Below, piece by piece: positions 13,401 through 24,900 of a DNA stretch of 64,000 nt. Within the stretch, counting starts at the first letter, position 1, and each line of letters starts with the position of its first letter. The stretch comes from Macrostomum lignano (lineage: Eukaryota), in assembly GCA_002269645.1 (NCBI GenBank), contig NIVC01002990.1, positions 62,933-126,932 of the forward strand. Direction: 5' to 3'. The notes under the pieces were generated by a model. It saw only the letters and a list, made by a program, of their open reading frames with translations. It had not been told where the DNA came from and made no database searches. The position numbers and the translations under genes were made by a program.

Positions 13401-16400
13401 TCGCTGCCGCACCACAACTGGTTCGAGCAGAAGCTGCAGAGCACCGGAGAGTCGCCGTCAGAAAACCGTCAGTTCCGCGTCTGCTATTCGACCTCGCCGG
13501 ACGGCGACCGGCGCCAAGTGCCGACCCTGCGAATTGTTGACGTCAGGCGGCTGGCCGAAGCTGCCAGGGAGGTCGGCAAGGAAGGCGACAGCTGCGACGC
13601 TGCAGAGGCGGAGGCTTGCGATGGAGACGCGGACGCGGATGAGGAAGAGGAGGAGGAGGACGGCGCGGAGGAGCAGGGCTTCATCCTGGGCGACAGTCCG
13701 TATTCGCCGAAAGCTGACAGGTGAATTACTAATACCTACTTACTAATTCACAACTTGAAACTGGGACTTTTCTTTGAAGATTTTCATCTATTAATCTGGG
13801 TAAGTAATGGTTCTAATTACCTCTAGCACCTTGTTCTCCCCCACATCGCGGATACTTCAGCAAGCCCGACAGACAGTCGCAGCAGGCGGTCCCGACAGCT
13901 CAGGCTCCGACGCCGCCGACACCGCCGCCGCCGCCGCCGCCCGACGAAGCCGCGCCGGAGGAGAAGCGCCGGATTCGAAGCGGCCAGGACGCCGATGCCT
14001 ACGAGAAGGCCCTGCCGTTGAAAAAGCGACGCCTCGTGCAGGACAGCGATAGCAAGGATCCGTCCACTCGGTCTCGTGAGTGCAGTAGGCTCGATTCGCT
14101 AATATTAGGTAACTGAGTAACTATTTATTTAGGCTGGGTTCGTCATCGTTAGTTTCCGGTCCGGTTCCGGGTTTTCTTCCTAACTGAGGAGCCACACGAA
14201 GAGTTCATGACATCAATTTTTGATTAATTCTCGCAAAAACAGACGTCATCCAGATAAACCGGAACCGGATAAACGGAACCGGATAAACCATAACCGGATA
14301 CAAACCGGAACCGGATAAACCGGAACCGGATAAACCGGAACCGGATAAACCGGAACCGGATAAACCGGAACCGGATAAACCGGAACCGGATAAACCGGAA
14401 CCGGATAAACTGGAACCGGATAAACCGGAACCGGATGAATCGGAGCTGGATAAACCGGAACCGGATGAATCGGAGCCGGATAAACCGGAACCGGATAAAC
14501 TGGAACCGGATAAACCGGAACCAGACAAACCGGAACCGGATAAACCGGAACCGGATAAACCGGAACCGGATAAACCGGAACCGGATAAACCGGAACCGGA
14601 TAAACCGGAACCGGATAAACCGGAACCGGATGAATCGGAGCCGGATAAACCGGAACCGGATAAACCGGAACCGGATGAATCGGAGCCGGATAAACCGGAA
14701 CCGGATAAACCGGAACCGGATGAACCGGAACCGGATAAACCGGAACCGGATAAACCGGAACCGGATAAACCGGAACCGGATAAACTGGAACCGGATAAAC
14801 CGGAACCGGATGAATCGGAGCTGGATAAACCGGAACCGGATGAATCGGAGCTGGATAAACCGGAACCGGATAAACCGGAACCGGATGAACCGGAACCAGA
14901 TAAACCGGAACCGGATTTTCAGACAGTGGCACTAGCATTCCAGACTTACGCTCGTGGACGGCCTCTCTTACTCTCCGAGCGCACACAGATACTGTGGGGT
15001 ACTGAAAACGCACTCAGTTAGCCAAAGCCAAGCAAGAACAACAGGCAGCCACCCCGTTGTGTTCCGCTTACCCCAGGGATCGATTCTATTGAAGCGAATG
15101 CGAATAATAAGTATTAGCTTCGATAGCCACTCAACGGAGAGAGTGCACATCGAACTGGGAGGCTATAAGCCCAGGACCAAAGATATCGGGATAAATCGAT
15201 TTTTCCTAGGATCGCCCAAACTCGTTTCGCCGATCGATAATAAGCAATATAAGCGGCAGCGCTGATCCAGTCTGATATGCAGTTTACACAACAACTGCAA
15301 ACAGGGACGGGGGCGCGCACAGCTGTCCAGCGAATGAATACTCACCCATTGTTGGGAGAACGGCTATTGTTGACTGGCATAAAAAACTACTCGGCTCTCC
15401 CAGCGGTTCGAAGAAAAGAACCATTGATCCTCTTGACTTCTCCTTAGTCAGTAGGGACTGAAAAATGCAAGAATCCAACAGGCCTTTAAACATAAGTTTC
15501 AAAGACAAATTGCAATGTGCCCGGGGATTATTTCCTCACCTAGTTTTATCCCTGCACTCGCGCCTTTTTAGCGGGAAAGGATTGCAATAAGAAAAAATTC
15601 TCCCCCAAAGGAGCGGCTTTTCTATATGACATTCAAAATAAATTTTCCCGGGAAAGGAACTTAACTGGACTCATTAAAATGACTGAAATTTTCCGTGCTA
15701 GATAGGATTGGATGAAGCTGGGCGGAGGATCAAATCTAATGGCGTTGACCTTCTGTTCTCCTCAACCCGCCCCTCCCTGCCCAGCGTCACCGCAGCCCCT
15801 CCCGCTGATCAACCCCGCAGCGCCTCTGTCGCTGAGACGCAAGGAGGCGCCGGTGCTGGCCGTGCCGCCGGTTTGCCGCGACGGCGAGGACGAGGAAAAT
15901 CCCGAGACTGCGGGGCAGCCGGGGACGCCGGTGCCCGCCTTGGAGGGCGCCACGTCCAGAGCTGACCGGTCGGCCTCTGCTGTTGTCGAAGCCGCCGGCT
16001 TCAAAGACAACTCAGCCAGGCAAATCGTCGCCGGCGATTCGGCGTGCGGTTCGGCCGCCGTCGACGCCGCCGGGTCCCAGCAGCTGCAGACAGCACAGCC
16101 GACCCGGCCGTCAATAAAGACTCCATCGCCGCCAACCCTGACGGTGCAGTCTGATGTCGGAAAGTCGGTGACCAAAACACTCTCGGCTGTTATCGCTGAA
16201 GCTGCCGAAGCGAGCCTGGGCGGCAGCGGCGGCAGCGGCGAAGGCGACGGCGGCGGTCCTCCGCAGCTGCAAAAGACAACTCAGGAAAAGCCAAAGCGGC
16301 CACAGAAGAGGCAGCAAAAGCAGCAAAAACGGCAACAGCTGCAACAACAAAGCAGCTTAACGCCCGAGGAACAACTGGCAACGCGTCAACAGAAAAGAAA

Positions 16401-17958
16401 GTACAACAAGCGCAAAGCAGCGGTCGCTGATTCTCCATCTGTCGACGGCGAAACTTTCGCGAGTAGCACAGCTGCCTATCTGCAGCAGGTGCAGCAGCAT
16501 CTGCAGCATCATCAACAGAAGCAGAAACAGCAGCAGCCGCAGCAGCCGCAGTCGCAGCAGCAACTTCCGCCTTACTGCTATCCACATCCGCAACAACAGC
16601 AGCAGCAGCGGCATCCTCAGCCTCAGCGGCAGCCGCTATCCATTGATTTAACCGAAGAGGAGAGAATGATGCAGCGCTGCGGAGTTCAGCATCCGATGTA
16701 TCCCACCGGCGGCGTGCAGAATCAGCGCTTCAACTGCAGCACTGCGGTTTCGCCTAGCGGCTATCCGGCCCGAGAACCAGCCAGGTCCTTCCTGAGCCAC
16801 ACCGGACCGCCGGGGTTCGCTAAGCAGCATCAGCAGCAGGCTCACCCGTACGGCCAGCAGCAGAGCTATCAACATTCCTATTCGCACCTGCAGCGACAGC
16901 AGCCGCCGCCGCCACAGCCGCAGCGCCACATTCCAAGACAACAGTCGCAGTCGCCGGGTTCGCAGATTCCAGGCAACTTTGATTGGACAGGCACGCAGCA
17001 ACTGACGCAAGGACCGACTACGTCAAAGCAGCCTCGGCGAGGCCCACCACCGCCGCCGCCGACCCCGCTGCCGCCGCCATCGCCGTTCCTGCCAGCGCAT
17101 CCCATGACATCGCAGGCGGCTGCTGCGGCTGCGGCTGCGGTAGCTGCAGCAGCAGCGGCGGCTGGTCCTACTGCACCCAGTCTGCCGCCTCCGCCACAAG
17201 CACAAATGTCTTCTCACGGCTATCCCTGGTCGCCACCGCCTCCTTACATGAACCAGCGCAATCGCCAGTCATCTGCTGCGGCGGCGGCGGCAGCATCCAG
17301 TGGATCATTCCGCGGCGTGCCCTACGCAAACTACGGCGATGACCAGTCGAGCTGCTATTCGAGCCGCTACCACCAGATGCTGGACTATTCGCCCGTGGTC
17401 AAACCGCCCGGTCAGTCGCCAATGCCCGGACAAGGCTATGGCCGCTATATGCAGCCCCAATTGCCAGGCAGACATAACCAGCTGCAGCAGCACATGCGGC
17501 AGCAGCAGCAGGGTCAGCTCCAGGCTGCGCCACACTTGCCTCCCTCGTGGCTTGGACAGCAGCAGCACCAGCAGCAGCTGGAGCAGGCTCATGCAACTGA
17601 AGCTGCCGATCGGCTGGCCCGCAAAGTGTCCGGCGGTGACCAACCGGGCGGCAATCTGGTGTACCCGATGCCGCTGCGGGCCGGACAGAGAGCCTACCCG
17701 ACGCCGCCGCCCCAGCTGTCCACAACGCCGAAGCCGAAAACGCCGAAGGCTTTGAAGCAGAAACAGCAGCAGCAGCAGCAACAACAACAAAATTTTCACG
17801 GACAACAGCGGGGCGAGCACTTGATGCAGTATCATCATCAGCAGCAGCCTCAGCAGCACATTCCAGTGCCACAACGTGAAAACGCAGCCTCAGACATGAT
17901 GCTGTACCAGCACGCAATGTATCCGCCCACCGATCTGATAAGCCACCAGTTCGGCTAA
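10420..17958 (+). CDS. Uncharacterised low-complexity (Q/P/A-rich) putative nuclear protein, ~1050 aa; exons 10420-10618, 13156-13720, 13861-14075, 15785(or 15821)-17958
   Basis: GT-AG sites with matching phases (1, 2, 1) give a continuous 3153-nt frame. Basic motifs LPLKKRRL and KRKYNKRK, PPPPY; AATAAA near 18171. No recognisable globular domain. Confidence 0.7.
11790..12570. repeat. 20-bp purine-rich minisatellite (GAGAGTAGATTAGAGAGACC and variants), intron 1 of orphan gene
   Basis: About 39 tandem units visible. Confidence 0.93.
14250..14916. repeat. 15-bp minisatellite (CCGGATAAACCGGAA), intron 3 of orphan gene
   Basis: About 44 tandem units; source of the PVYPV/RINRN/SGSGL pseudo-ORFs. 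Confidence 0.95.
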
Positions 17959-18789
17959 TTCAACTCCAATATCACGGGGCACATGAAAGTTGAAAGACCA
18001 TTTTAGTCAGGCTTTTTTAAAGCTTTTTTTGCTTTATGAAATTATTGTTGCTTCCGAGTAGTTTGTGCGTGGCAAACTGATGTTTTGTGTGTTTTCTGTA
18101 CAACTGTCCCTTCGCCCCCTGCAGAACATATCCATTCTTGGAAACGACAGACTGTTGCTAAATTTTATTCAATAAATTGGACCCACCATGCCATTGATAT
18201 CCGAAATTTCACTTTTTGTCCATAAACTGTTTGCTTTTTAAGGCCTCCTTTGGGTTCTGAACAATCTGAATTGAACTCCGCTTAAGAAATCCTTGTACTG
18301 AATAACACATTTTCAGGATTCCGCCTCCCTCTTTCTTGCAAATTGTATCATTTATCAATGTTGCTTGTATCATCCAAGCCCATGCCTTTTCTTCTTTTGT
18401 TTGTCTGAGAGGACGCGTTTCACCCCCATTATCCTGCAATTCTATTGTCTAGCGCTGTTCCATGTATGCAGCTAAGCCAATTTGTCACAAATCCCAAGTT
18501 TTGTGAAGTCGTGAAAATACAACGCAGAATTCTCTTTTAGCATTATCGCAGCGGAAAGTAGCATAATTACTGTTGTTGTTCTACCAGGCGAAGCGGACCA
18601 AACTGCCTTGGAGCAACTGCTTCGGAATTGGTGAATCAGGAATGGCGTACTGTAGCTTAACCTGACAAAAGAATGAGAGACAATTGTTTTTTTGGGCTTT
18701 TAGTTGGAGAAAAAACAGCAGACCATGAAGAATCTTGCATTCCTGCAGTTTCATATCTCTAGCTATAGATCTACATGTGGGCAAGCTGT

Positions 18790-19462
18790 GCCCCGGTAGC
18801 TACTTGTAACTCTACTCTCTAGTTACTCGTAACTCTACCAGCTACTCGTTAACTCTACCAGCTACTCGTAACTCTACCAGCTACTCGTTAACTCTACCAG
18901 ATACTCGTAACTCTACCAGCTACTCGTTAACTCTACCAGCTACTCGTAAATCTACCAGCTACTCGTTAACTCTACCAGCTACTCGTACATGTAACTCTAC
19001 CAGTTACTCGTAACTCTACCAGTTACTCGTTTACTCTACCAGCTACTCGTTAACTCTACCAGCTACTCGTACATGTAACTCTACCAGCTACTCGTTTACT
19101 CTACCAGCTACTCGTTTACTCTACCAGCTACTCGTAACTCTACCAGCTACTCGTTAACTCTACCAGCTACTCGTAACTCTACCAGCTACTCGTTAACTCT
19201 ACCAGCTACTCGTAACTCTACCAGCTACTCGTTAACTCTACCAGCTACTCGTTAACTCTACCAGCTACTCGTTAACTCTACCAGCTACTCGTTGACTCTA
19301 CCAGCTACATGTACTCGTTAACTCTACCAGCTACTCGTAAATCTACCAGCTACTCGTTAACTCTACCAGCTACTCGTTTACTCTACCAGCTACTCGTAAC
19401 TCTACCAGCTACTCGTAACTCTACCAGCTACTCGTTAACTCTACCAGCTACTCGTAACTCTA
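18790..19462. repeat. 19/20-bp minisatellite (TAACTCTACCAGCTACTCG[T])
   Basis: Tandem units visible, with occasional TACATG insertions. Confidence 0.93.
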
Positions 19463-19503
19463 CAAGTGTACAATGGGTTGTTATTGTACATCCAGTAATG
19501 CAA

Positions 19504-19510
19504 TAGATAG

Positions 19511-19587
<77 letters not shown>
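19504..19587. repeat. Compound (GATA)n(GA)n microsatellite
   Basis: Directly visible; a second (GA)n tract lies at ~19811-19843. Confidence 0.95.
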
Positions 19588-19589
<2 letters not shown>

Positions 19590-19807
19590 AGTGGATGCTC
19601 GTGTAAATTGGTTTCAATCAACGCCAAGACCCTCTCTGCTTCGATTTGAGAACTTAAAAAACATTCAACACAAAAGATACTTGACTTTATGTTTGTAGAA
19701 TATCAAAAATCCTGAGAAGCATACAGAATTTGCATGCAGGAAAACAACAGCCCACTCGGCTGCTGTCAAAGTGCGTCATAAAAATGCAATTATAAAAACG
19801 CTGAAAA

Positions 19808-19846
<39 letters not shown>

Positions 19847-20916
19847 GGGAGAGCCAGACAAAGTGATGCAGACACGGCAACTGACTCAAAAAGGCAAATA
19901 AAATTTAGGAAAAAATATTTCTATGAGCGAGAGCACTCATGCATCCAGAATCCGATGATGCGTGGCTTAAGCCTTTGTTTCTCGTTCAAGTTGGTAGGAT
20001 TAAGTAATCTATTCATTCTGCTTTTTTTGCTTCTGCAAGCGGTCGAAAAATAATTTAAATATAAATGGAATCCCCCGATAGATGTGCCCTGCTGGCATTC
20101 TCGAGTAAGTCACGGGCTGTTGAGTGCATAGTCTCTAGCATTTTCACACTTGAGCGAATCTCAATAGCCATTGAGCCCAGGTCTGAAAGCAGGCTTCAGT
20201 CAGATGTTTATTGTAGTCGCATATGGCTCTGCTATTAAATTGAAAATTCAGTATGCAATAATTGGCAAGTGAAATAATTCATTTGCCATTTGCTTTGTCA
20301 AGCCGTTCATCAAGGATCTGTTCGGTTCAATCTTATAAATTCAAGATCCTCTACAGTGCCTACTGCAGTTGTTACTGCAAATTATTGCTTTTGTTGAGTG
20401 CAAAAACAAATAAATTCGGAATGTGAAATGTAAACACAAATTTTAAAAAACAGAATTTTGTTTAAATAAAATGCCGCACTCAAATACTACGGTAAATAGT
20501 TGGCCTCAACAATTTCATGCCAAGAATGCCAGTGGGGATTCGACAGGCAGAGAAATGAGTTGCCAAAATCTGACCCACTTTAGACAAATTAATTAATTAA
20601 ATTACCCAGATTGCATTCCCAGTGAATTGATGCCATATTAAATTTGGCGAAATAAATTGCTCAGCTCGGCTGTAATGTCAACTATTGTACTCAATAAAAG
20701 CACGAGATAGCAATAGATGGACGCAAGGGTGCATGATACGCGGTACGGGTCCCTGCTGTGGTACGCTCTGGGTGTGCATTTCCCCCAAGGTGCTGTCATC
20801 CAGAGACCTGATGAGGCGGGCTCGCGTTCCTTCAGGCCCTCAATAGAACTGCTGTTTCACAAAAGGAAGATCATTTAAATCAGATTATAAGTACGAGTAA
20901 TGCAACCAAACCATGC

Positions 20917-21282
20917 ATGGGGGGCGAAGCCCAGTGGTCAAGCACGGCGCTCTGATGTGCCAGCGGCCCAGGCTCGATTCCTAGTGCAGTCAATATTAAT
21001 TTGGGGGGTAATTTGGTATCTCGGCTCGCGCAAATTGACGCCTTTAAGGGCCAACCGCCATAGGCGCAGTGAAGTGTACATGCCTAACGATAAATAAAGT
21101 TAGGGCCGCTGTACACTCCTGTGTGAGTGTGTGCCTGTGCGTATGACTGCGTACGCATCCGCGCGCTTGTGTGCCTGCTCAGGGGAGTCGGCGGAATGGG
21201 CAGCAATGCCTCTCGCCGGTTGTGTGACAATGTCGCTTGAAGTGCGCCAGGGTGCACACAGCCCCCGGCCTCTAATAAAGAT
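20917..21282 (+). mobile_element. tRNA-derived (Gln-like) SINE with 11-bp TSD
   Basis: The head has A-box-like AGCCCAGTGG and B-box-like GGCTCGATTCC (20971-20981), with a CTCTGA anticodon-like loop. AATAAA lies near the 3' end. CCAAACCATGC occurs at 20906-20916 and 21283-21293. Confidence 0.55.
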
Positions 21283-21963
21283 CCAAACCATGCTTGTAAA
21301 ACTCAACAGATGACTGATTGGCTCAGGCAATTAGCAATATAAAAACACGATATTGGCGACAAGAGTGGCATTTCCAGACCAGAAAAGTAGATGATGGGCC
21401 CAGGCAATTAGCAAGACAACAATAATAACACAAGGGCGGCATCAATCCAGACTGCCAGGAGGTCGATGTCACCTGGCAATGGACTGCCTAGCCATGCCAG
21501 CGGCAGCAAAAATCAAAGAAGCCAACATTTTGGGATCGGCGGTGCGTATCCGGATGCGCAACAACCGGCAAAAGCCGCTACATCTTTGAGCAGCGTCCCT
21601 TTTCGCAGCAGCTAGCTAGCAAGTTGTCTACTATGCAAAAGGACGGCAGCAATGTAGCAGGAGGATTGTTTTCAGCTTCTTCTAGTTTCCATTTTAGGCT
21701 GATTATTCGGATACTTCGACTCTTGAAGATCGTGCAACGGCATGCCTGTTGGCAGACCATCTGCTTTGTTTTGTATCAATATTCATGCAAAAATAATTGA
21801 AGGCTATAAAACAGACGAACATGTTAGTATTTCCCTTATTCAGCAAACAGATGGCCATCAGAATGCATAAAAAGCAGCCATTGATTTTTTTCTTGTATTA
21901 TTTCGCATACATTTATAATTATAGCCGTATAATTTATTAGCAAATGCCAAGCCGCTCAAGAAG

Positions 21964-24900
21964 TTAGCGCTGCTCCCGCACTAGCAGCAGGCCGCGATCG
22001 TGCAGTCCGGCGGCCAGGGCCACCCGGTCCTCCGGGTCCGCGATTGGCAGCTCGGCGACAGTCAGGAAGGTTGGATAGGCGGCGGCGAGGGCGGCGACAC
22101 CGGGCGCCAGAGCCGGCTCAACGTCCAGGTAAGCTGGCTCAGCTTCGCGGAACACGCGCGTATTGCCCAGACTGCTGTGCAGGCGGCCGTCGCCAGTCAG
22201 GCGGGCGGCGCTGCGTCTGACCAGGCGGATCCGCGATTTCAGCGTCACGGCCGGCGGCGCGGCGGTCAGGCGGCCGCGCCGAGCGTCCCAGACGGGCCCG
22301 GCGCCGAACGCGCTGCACGAGGCCTCGCTGGGGTCCAAGGCTGGCGGCAGGGCGTCGCGAACCTTGATAAAGGGCGTCGTGAATTAACAACTTCGGACAT
22401 CCTGGAGCAACGCTTTTGGCGACATGCAATACTGTAATGCAATTCTGCACATTCTGCTGACTTCTGAGCAATACTGTAGGCAGGCACGGACTCATGCACA
22501 TGCTCACACGGGGTGTACAGCGGTCCTGACCATAACATGCGCAACACCTGGCCGGCTGGCGGAAGGCCCAGCCAACCCGAAAATAAACGTACTACTAATT
22601 ACATGACGAGGCATTTAGCCTTAATAATACAGTTATAGTTACTCCTGCCGTTTACCCAAAATTAGGTTAGTTTTGTAGGGTTTCTTTTACAGGTAAGTCG
22701 CACACGGCTAGTGTAAATCACGGGGTTGCACACTTATGGTCCTTACTTTCAAATTGTCAGGCATATATACACTTTCTATGCCTTGAGGGTTGGCCCTCAT
22801 CTAGTAAATCCGAACTGATGCAAATAATCCAGCGTCTGTCGCATGAGAACAAATTAACTACATGAAATCCGCGGTACATTAACTGCGGCGTCAATTTAAA
22901 TGAAAATGATTAAAAAACGGGTGAATCTGTAAATCTCTCTCTAGTTTTGACGTTCAAAAGACACTTAATCAATTATAGAAGTAAAACGCCCAATATTCCC
23001 TTGCGCTGAGCATTAAAGTTGAAAGCTAAAAATACGGTAGAGTCAAACTGATTGGATTAGCAACAGATAAGGCAAAGATAAAATGCCTTTTGAGTTGCAG
23101 CCATGCATGCAATGAATGTTTAAAACAGTGAAGGAAATGGATTTCCATTTCATTAAAGGAATATTAAAATAACAGATTTTTTGGGAAAACAAAGGCAGCA
23201 AACGAGTTGTTAGAATACAGTAACGAGGGATACGAGAAGCTGAACCGAAATTGACACAAGGTAAGAGGATTAGGAGAATTGGAAAAGAAAAACGTTCAAA
23301 TAGGATTTTAGGAAACTGAAAGGATGATAGGGTGGGAGGGCGGAGAGGATGTAGGGAGAGTGAAGAGGATGTAGGGAGAGCGGAGAGGATGTAGGGAGAG
23401 CAGAGAGGATGTAGGGAGAGCGGAGAGGATGTAGGGAGAGCGGAGAGGATGTAGGGAGAGCGGAGAGGATGTAGGGAGAGCGGAGAGGATGTAGGGAGAG
23501 CGGAGAGGATGTAGGGAGAGCGGAGAGGATGTAGGGAGAGCGGAGAGGATGTAGGGAGAGCGGAGAGGATGTAGGGAGAGCGGAGAGGATGTAGGGAGAG
23601 CGGAGAGGATGTAGGGAGAGTGGAGAGGATGTAGGGAGAGCGGAGAGGATGTAGGGAGAGTGGAAAGGATGTAGGGAGAGCGGAGTGGATGTAGGGAGAG
23701 TGGAAAGGATGTAGGGAGAGTGGAGAGGATGTAGGGAGAGTGGAGAGGATGTTGAGAGAGCAACACCACAGGAGTAGCAGCTCGTGTATATGTAGCTTGA
23801 TAACCAGCCCCTCAAGGACATCACAAAGACCCCGAGCTCACTAACCTGTCCACATGCAATCCTGTCCGCTGCCTCATCCAGGCTGATATGACCGGACAGT
23901 CTGGCCAGCAGTGACCGGCAAAATTCTTCGGCTTCGCGTCGCCGATTCGCCCAATCGTCGCGGCTAGCGGCGGTCAGGGACCCAAAGGCGGAGCCGGCAA
24001 AGCCCAGAAGTCCAAGCGGCAGGCCGCGCCTGAACTCCTCGTCCTGGGTGGTTGCCCGCTCCAAAGCGCCGGAGATGGCCTCAGCGAGTAGATCTGTCCA
24101 GGCAAATTTCTGGTAGGTGGACACGGTGATATGCAGCGAGTGCCAGCCATCCAGACAGCGGCCCTGGTGAATGAAGCCGCGGGGCATGTAAAGCAGGTCG
24201 CCAGGCTCCAGGACGGCGTCAATCACGGGCTGGCCCAGCCGGTCCTTCGGCCCAAAGTTTCCTGGTAGACAGCGCAAGGAGGAAACAATTTGTGGATTTA
24301 AAATTGTGTCAGTGGCAAAGTAGAGCTGAGCACAGGTAAGATGAAAGATACCGGAAGAAATCAAAACTGGAGAGATTGACGCACAAGAGAGTAAGAAACA
24401 AAGCATAAGGGAATAGAGGGGGAAGAGAGATATGGGTAAGGGAAGAGAGAGACGGGGAAAGGGAAGAGAGATATGGGTAAGGGAAGAGAGAGACGGAGAA
24501 AGGGAAGAGAGAGACGGGGAAAGGGAAGAGAGACGGGGAAAGGGAAGAGACGGGGAAAGGGAAGAGAGACGGGGAAAGGGAAGAGAGAGACGGAGAAAGG
24601 GAAGAGAGAGACGGGGAAAGGGAAGAGAGAGACGAGGAAAGGGAAGAGAGACGGGGAAAGAGAAGAGAGACGGGGAAAGAGATGAGAGACGGGGAAAGGG
24701 AAGAGACACCGGGAAAGAGAAGAGAGGCCTGTAACTCAAGAGCCCTGTATGGTTTAGCAAAAAAGTACATAAAAGTACCGCTAGACTCCCGCGGCAGCCG
24801 CTCGTTTGGCGACCTGGGCGCGTACACTCGCCAGTGCTTGCGCCCTTCGAGCTGCATAACGAAGGCTTCAATGTCGTCCCAATGCGGCGCGAACCCCTGC

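Noticed and set aside
14205-15013. PVYPV / RINRN / SGSGL repeat ORFs
   Set aside because: They are products of the 15-bp array inside a phase-consistent intron and are open on both strands simply because of periodicity.
20919-20992. Functional tRNA-Gln gene
   Set aside because: The acceptor and anticodon stems do not pair properly and the B box is mismatched; it is better explained as a SINE head.
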